Part shown: positions 58,992-64,000 of the stretch, piece by piece
How positions within the stretch are numbered: position 1 is the stretch's first letter
Layout: each line of letters begins with the position of its first letter
Source: Actinomycetes bacterium
GTDB lineage: Bacteria; Actinomycetota; Coriobacteriia; Anaerosomatales; JAGXFU01
Assembly (NCBI GenBank): GCA_024637115.1
Contig: JAGXFU010000014.1
Coordinates: forward strand, 6,524-70,523
Reading direction: 5' to 3'
Length of the DNA: 64,000 bases
Translations under genes and position numbers: made by a program
Notes under the pieces: generated by a model
The model's input: only the letters and a program-made list of their open reading frames with translations
Databases searched by the model: none
What the model was told of the DNA's origin: nothing

Positions 58992-60758
58992 CTAGTCAGA
59001 GCGTGTCCGCCTTCGTGCGACGAGATCGGCTGCTCGGCGACGTCTGCGCCAGTCAGCGCACACATCGTCGAGTGCGAGCACGTCTGTTGACGAGACAATA
59101 CCCAGAAGCGAGCACGGGTCATCACTCTCGACAACAGGCATACGATCAATATCTGTCTCCGCCATGATCGAGACAAGGTCGCCAACCAGCATATCTCGGG
59201 TAACGGACTCCAGATTGCGCATCATGACATCCGCGATGATGAGCTCAGACCAGTCTTCTCGAGGGATTTCGCCGATATCCGTAAGGGCCATCATGCCAAC
59301 AAGGCACTCCTCGCCATCCAGAACCGGCAGCGACTTGTGCCGCATGTGCACGATGTGGTCTGTCACGAAGTCCTCGACGCTGTCAGAAGCGTGGACGACG
59401 TCCACGTCGTGCGTCATGATGTCGACGACCCGCAGACCCATGAGTCGATCGACCCGATTCTCACGACGCCATCGTTGATGCTCCGAGACCGATACGCGGC
59501 CGGCCATCGAGAATGCCACCGCTGCGGCAACCAGACCCGGAATAATGTAGCCCGCGCCACCGGTTGTCTCTGCGATGAACACGGTGGCGGCAATCGGGGT
59601 GTTGTAGCCAGCGGCGAGAAACGCGGCCATACCCACAACGGGGAACATCGGCCCCGCCGCCCCGGGAAGGAACCCACGGACGATTACCCCGAGGTCGGCT
59701 CCAAGCATGATCATTGGAATGAAAATGCCGCCGGCAGCTCCGGTTGCCAGGGTTGCCACCGTGGCTCCTGTCTTGAGAAAGAGCAGTTGCACAGCCTCGG
59801 CCTGTGTATAGCTACCAGCCATAAGTCCGCTGATTCCCTCATAACCCGTGCCCAGAACCAGCGGCTCGCCAAAGATCTTGAAGCTCGCCAGACCAAGAAG
59901 ACCGCATACCAGACCGCCAAGACCCGTTCGCACCCAGAGCGGAAGCCCGCTCCCCTGGGCGATGCGACCAACAAGGCGATACGAGTAGACAAAGACTCGC
60001 GCCACGAGACCCACAACGAAACCGAGGATGATCGCGTAGAACAAGTCGCGTGTTGTCATCGTGTATCTCTCGGATACCTGGAACAACGGCTCAATACCCA
60101 GAAACTGAACGAGTACCAAGTAGCTCACGACCGAGGAGACCAACGACGGAATCAGCGCCTCCCGGGTAATGTCATCTCGATAGGGCACCTCGAGCGCAAA
60201 GATGATTCCTGTTAGTGGCGCTTTGAAGATGGCGCTCACGCCAGCGGCGGCACCAGCCACCATGAGAGTCCGCACATCCTCATCAGTGAAGCCCCAGCGA
60301 CGGATCTTGCGTAGAACAAACGACCCCACGGCACCACCGGCATAGATGCTCGGACCTTCAAGACCCGCGCTGCCACCGAATCCAAGCGTTGCGATTGCGG
60401 CCAGGATCTTTCCGGGGAAAGAGCGGAAGCGAAACACTCCGCTACGCTCGTGGAACACCTGAATGACCTCTTCGGTCCCGTGAATCTCCGGGTTGACCGT
60501 GAGGTACTGAAGAATAAGCCCTGAGAGCAAGAGGCCGAACGTGGGAAACAGCACAACGGTGAATGAGTTCATATTCGAAGAGGCCACACCCCATACCGCG
60601 AGTACCGCCTGGTCGAGCATTGTCACGAGCAGCCCAACAAGAAGGCCGACGATAGCAGCGACTATGAACCACTTCTTCATCCGCACCCAGAACGCCTCTG
60701 AGCCCTTGCGGGTCATCTCGGCGTATTCGGCCAGGCGCGGACCCGTGCTCAAGTCCAC
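58992..60758 (-). CDS. ClC-family chloride channel/antiporter with tandem CBS domains
   Basis: GLEGP, GAAAGVSAIFKAPLTG, GGIFIP, two CBS domains. Confidence 0.92.
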   Translation of the reverse strand: MDLSTGPRLAEYAEMTRKGSEAFWVRMKKWFIVAAIVGLLVGLLVTMLDQAVLAVWGVASSNMNSFTVVLFPTFGLLLSGLILQYLTVNPEIHGTEEVIQVFHERSGVFRFRSFPGKILAAIATLGFGGSAGLEGPSIYAGGAVGSFVLRKIRRWGFTDEDVRTLMVAGAAAGVSAIFKAPLTGIIFALEVPYRDDITREALIPSLVSSVVSYLVLVQFLGIEPLFQVSERYTMTTRDLFYAIILGFVVGLVARVFVYSYRLVGRIAQGSGLPLWVRTGLGGLVCGLLGLASFKIFGEPLVLGTGYEGISGLMAGSYTQAEAVQLLFLKTGATVATLATGAAGGIFIPMIMLGADLGVIVRGFLPGAAGPMFPVVGMAAFLAAGYNTPIAATVFIAETTGGAGYIIPGLVAAAVAFSMAGRVSVSEHQRWRRENRVDRLMGLRVVDIMTHDVDVVHASDSVEDFVTDHIVHMRHKSLPVLDGEECLVGMMALTDIGEIPREDWSELIIADVMMRNLESVTRDMLVGDLVSIMAETDIDRMPVVESDDPCSLLGIVSSTDVLALDDVCADWRRRRRAADLVARRRTRSD

Positions 60759-60775
60759 GGGAAAATCAGCCTCCC

Positions 60776-62710
60776 CTACGCTGGTTCGAAGTCGATACGT
60801 CCCTCTGCAATGAGCACGCTTGTGATTCGCACACGCATGCGCTGCCCGAGACGATAAGTAGTACCCCTATTCTCACCGTAGAGCAGGAAGCGCTCCGCGT
60901 CGAGACGATAATAGTCATCCTTCATAGATTCTACGTGGATAAGTCCCTCGGCGGTGTTATCCAGTTGAATGAACAGCCCGAACGAGTGCACCCCCGTGAT
61001 GATGCCCTCAAACTCCTCGCCGATGTGCTCCGCCATGAGTTGAGCCAGCTTCAGACGAACTGACTCGTTCTCGGCGGATTCCGCCTCACGCTCCATCACA
61101 GAAGAATGCTCGGCAAGCCACTCGAGTTCGTGAATCATGGAAGCGGTGGGCTGCCGATCGAGCTCATGTGCCAGTTCGGCGCGAAGAAGCCGATGCACGA
61201 TCAGGTCGGGATAGCGCCGAATCGGACTCGTGAAGTGACAATACGCCGGGCTCGCCAGCCCGAAGTGCGGACCGAGGTAATCAACATAGCGCGCTCGCTG
61301 CATGGCTCGCAGCATCAATGAATTGATGAGCCTCTTCTCTGGTCGGTCATGCGCAAACTCGATGATCTTCTGGAACGTTGCGGGGGATGCTCCGTGTACG
61401 TCCTTGACCGGGTAGTCGAACTCCTTTAGGACAACAGCCACCTGAGCAAGAGCATCCGGATCGGGATCCTCGTGAATCCGGTAGACCATCGGGGCCTTCT
61501 TGGCCGTCATGTGACGCGCCACGACCTCATTGGCCAGAATCATTGCCTCTTCGATCATGTTGGTCGCCTGGGTACGCTCCCTGAGAACCACCTCAACCGG
61601 AGTCACGTTGTCAGGAGCAAGCCGTATCTTCGCCTCCACGGTCTCAAAGTCGAGACCGCCGCGCGCGATTCGTCGCTCAGCGATGTCTCCGGCAACGCGG
61701 GCAAACTCTGTGAGCAGGCGCTCGCTCTCCGAATCAGGATACGGATCCTCACCGTCAAGCATGCGCTGGACGCCGCCGTAGTCGAATCGTTGGTCCGATG
61801 CGATGACGGAAGGAGTGAGACGGTAGTCTTGAACGCTGCCGTCCTTGGCCAGGTCCATCAGAACACTGAACGCCAGGCGCTCCTCGCCGGGATTGAGTGA
61901 GCAGATGTCGTTCGAGAGATGCTCGGGAAGCATGGGCAGCACACGATCCACCAGATAGACGCTCGTTGCACGCCTGCGAGCCTCCACGTCGATGATCGAG
62001 TCCCAGGGCACGTAGTGGCTCACATCAGCGATGTGTACGCCAAGCCTCAACCGTCCGTCGATACGCTCGATGCTGATCGCATCATCGAAGTCGCGTGCAT
62101 CAACCGGATCGATGGTGATGGTGAACACATCGCGAAGGTCAGCGCGCGTTGAGTCATTGAGAGCTTCGCGTGTGTCCAGCACGATCTTCTCTGCCGACTG
62201 TTCGACCTCGGGAGGAAACTCGGTGGACAGACCGTGTGTCCGGATGATGATCTCAATGTCTATGCCGGGGTCTCCGGGTCTGCCGAGAACCTCCTCTATG
62301 CGACCCTGGGCCGCATTGTTCTTGGAAGGATAGGCCAGAATCCTGGCCATCACGACATCACCCGAGTTCGCCTCCCCCGAGTCGCGGCCATCAATAAAGA
62401 TGTCATGGCGCAGTCGCGGGTCATGTGGCACCACGATGCCCATGCGTCCGTGCTCTTCATAGACGCCCACAACAGTCTCGTTCGCCCGCTCCAAGACCTT
62501 CACGACTGAACCTGAGCGTCCCCGCGACCCTCCGGAGCGAACGCGCACCCCAACCGTATCTCCATGCATCGCCCCGTGGACTTCGCGCACGGGCACGTAG
62601 ATGTCGCCCTCTGGAGCCGCAACGAACCCGTATCCCTTGCGGTGCATCGAGATTCGACCGATAAGCATGCCTTTTGAGCGTGCCTGACTCATCTTCTTCT
62701 GACGCGCCAC
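60776..62710 (-). CDS. rnr: Ribonuclease R
   Basis: HRKGYGFV, TIDPVDARDFDDA, HIADVSHY, HFTSPIRRYPDL, S1 domain. Confidence 0.95.
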   Translation of the reverse strand: MARQKKMSQARSKGMLIGRISMHRKGYGFVAAPEGDIYVPVREVHGAMHGDTVGVRVRSGGSRGRSGSVVKVLERANETVVGVYEEHGRMGIVVPHDPRLRHDIFIDGRDSGEANSGDVVMARILAYPSKNNAAQGRIEEVLGRPGDPGIDIEIIIRTHGLSTEFPPEVEQSAEKIVLDTREALNDSTRADLRDVFTITIDPVDARDFDDAISIERIDGRLRLGVHIADVSHYVPWDSIIDVEARRRATSVYLVDRVLPMLPEHLSNDICSLNPGEERLAFSVLMDLAKDGSVQDYRLTPSVIASDQRFDYGGVQRMLDGEDPYPDSESERLLTEFARVAGDIAERRIARGGLDFETVEAKIRLAPDNVTPVEVVLRERTQATNMIEEAMILANEVVARHMTAKKAPMVYRIHEDPDPDALAQVAVVLKEFDYPVKDVHGASPATFQKIIEFAHDRPEKRLINSLMLRAMQRARYVDYLGPHFGLASPAYCHFTSPIRRYPDLIVHRLLRAELAHELDRQPTASMIHELEWLAEHSSVMEREAESAENESVRLKLAQLMAEHIGEEFEGIITGVHSFGLFIQLDNTAEGLIHVESMKDDYYRLDAERFLLYGENRGTTYRLGQRMRVRITSVLIAEGRIDFEPA

Positions 62711-62828
62711 GCGTCCTCCTTGGTTGGTGCGCACCTCAATTCAACGAGCGTACAGCAAACTGATTAGATTCGGCGACGGCAAGGGTGGTAGTATCACAGC
62801 AAGAAACACCACGCACGCCAGGAGTCCA

Positions 62829-63251
62829 ATGGATACCAGATCACTTGCCCCCGTGTTTGTGGGCTCGGGAACACTCACTAATCCCCGCGACATGGTTCGA
62901 GCGCTCGAAACGCTGGAATCGGTCGACTTCAAATGGGAAATCGACGGCGAGGTCCTCACCGAAGGTGAGGCCACGCTTGTCAAGCTCATGGCTGATTCGT
63001 CGTCGGCCACCATCGCCGTCAATGGCTGCGTATTCCTGAATGTAGCGAGCTTCAGGTTCCTCGACTTTGAAACCGACGAGCAAGGTCGTGCCACCGTATG
63101 CCTTCACGGAGATGGCACTCGACTGACTCTCGTGGCCGCCCCGGAACGCGACACCGAGGAACTACCTCGGGGTCAGATGCGGCTACTCGAAGAATCGCTG
63201 TTCGACCTGTCGCCCTACATCGTGGGCGACGATGACGAGGACGACGACTAG
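62829..63251 (+). CDS. Hypothetical acidic protein
   Basis: SD AGGAG before ATG 62829; beta-rich appearance; tail GDDDEDDD. Confidence 0.7.
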   Translation: MDTRSLAPVFVGSGTLTNPRDMVRALETLESVDFKWEIDGEVLTEGEATLVKLMADSSSATIAVNGCVFLNVASFRFLDFETDEQGRATVCLHGDGTRLTLVAAPERDTEELPRGQMRLLEESLFDLSPYIVGDDDEDDD

Positions 63252-64000
63252 AGCTGCTTGCGGATCTCTTCGAACGCTCGCTGGCGCTGCACGTCGGTCT
63301 CGGATTCACGCTGAAGCTCAGGATCCATCTCGACCTTGATGTCCGGACTGAGGCCCACACCGTCAATGACCCGAGCCTCCGGGGTGAGATAATGCGCGAT
63401 CGTGAACTTGATTCCGCCTCCGAAACTCAGACGCTCCACGGTCTGCACGCTACCCTTTCCGAAACTCTGCTCGCCGATCAACTTGGCCCGACCATAGTCT
63501 TGCAGTGCGCCTGCGAGCACCTCACTGGCTGATGCCGAGTTGCCGTTCATGAGAATCACAACAGGCTTGTCCGTGATGAAGTCACCTGTGGCCCTGTGCT
63601 CGATCTGGGGCTGGTCGCGCTCCTCAACCCTGACGATCACGCCGTCCTCAACGAACAGCGATGCCACTTCGACAGACGCACTCAGGAGCCCCCCGGGATT
63701 GTCGCGCACATCGAGCACGAAGCCCTTTGCGCCCTGCTCTTCGAGGTCGCGTATCTCAACGGCGACTTCCTCCGCGGCGATTGCATTGAAGCCAAGAAGT
63801 CGAATGTAGCCGACATCACCATCGATCTCGCTCATGACATTGGGGATGTCGATCTTGGCGCGCGTGATGGTGAATTCGATGAGTTCACCATCTGCCGCAG
63901 GGTCCTCGGCATCCGGTCGACGGACCGTGATGTCAACCGTGGTACCCTCCGGGCCACGCACACGCTTGACGACCTCTTCGGTAGTCCACTCATCGCGCGT
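63248..64000 (-). CDS. Carboxy-terminal processing protease (S41/CtpA); N-terminus outside the window
   Basis: PDZ end RGPEGT, GYIRL, DVRDNPGG, SASASE, FGKGSVQ, HYLTP. Confidence 0.92.
   Translation of the reverse strand, partial: TRDEWTTEEVVKRVRGPEGTTVDITVRRPDAEDPAADGELIEFTITRAKIDIPNVMSEIDGDVGYIRLLGFNAIAAEEVAVEIRDLEEQGAKGFVLDVRDNPGGLLSASVEVASLFVEDGVIVRVEERDQPQIEHRATGDFITDKPVVILMNGNSASASEVLAGALQDYGRAKLIGEQSFGKGSVQTVERLSFGGGIKFTIAHYLTPEARVIDGVGLSPDIKVEMDPELQRESETDVQRQRAFEEIRKQL

Noticed and set aside
58992-60758. ClC-F fluoride exporter
   Set aside because: It has GLEGP/GGIFIP rather than the GREGT/GEVTP/GNNLI signatures

Overview
A 64 kb, GC-rich chromosomal window from an anaerobic bacterium. 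It is most likely a Coriobacteriia-like actinomycete; this is inferred from the argCJBDFRGH order, the murI-MBL-rph-rdgB cluster and a PASTA/Pro-tail PBP1A. Nearly all genes are on the minus strand. The housekeeping backbone comprises the arginine operon with ARG boxes, pheST under a Phe T-box, thrS, infC (AUU start)-rpmI-rplT, valS-folC, tig-clpP-clpX, six tRNAs, murI-rph-rdgB, ssrA-smpB, rnr and a partial S41 protease. The accessory content is more unusual. (1) A 10.6 kb Wsp/Frz-like chemosensory operon (41034-51677) that also encodes a PilB/GspE-like ATPase with all catalytic motifs degenerate, a DUF4388 protein with a tandem MshEN-like c-di-GMP motif, and a CheW with a Lys-rich tail. (2) A group 3c (Mvh-type) [NiFe]-hydrogenase operon whose first gene fuses an HdrA/QmoB-like scaffold, stripped of its FAD and Fe-S ligands, to a 2x[4Fe-4S] ferredoxin and an intact MvhD. 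Two CRP/FNR-type sites precede it. (3) A TasA-like/SipW pair inserted between rplT and pheS. (4) A PAS-GGDEF-EAL protein with a catalytically degenerate EAL domain. (5) A 113-nt structured leader before a small 4-Cys protein. I found no integrase, transposase, phage gene or CRISPR array. All calls come from manual motif reading; no database searches were run. Several start codons were moved from the ORF track to SD-supported positions.
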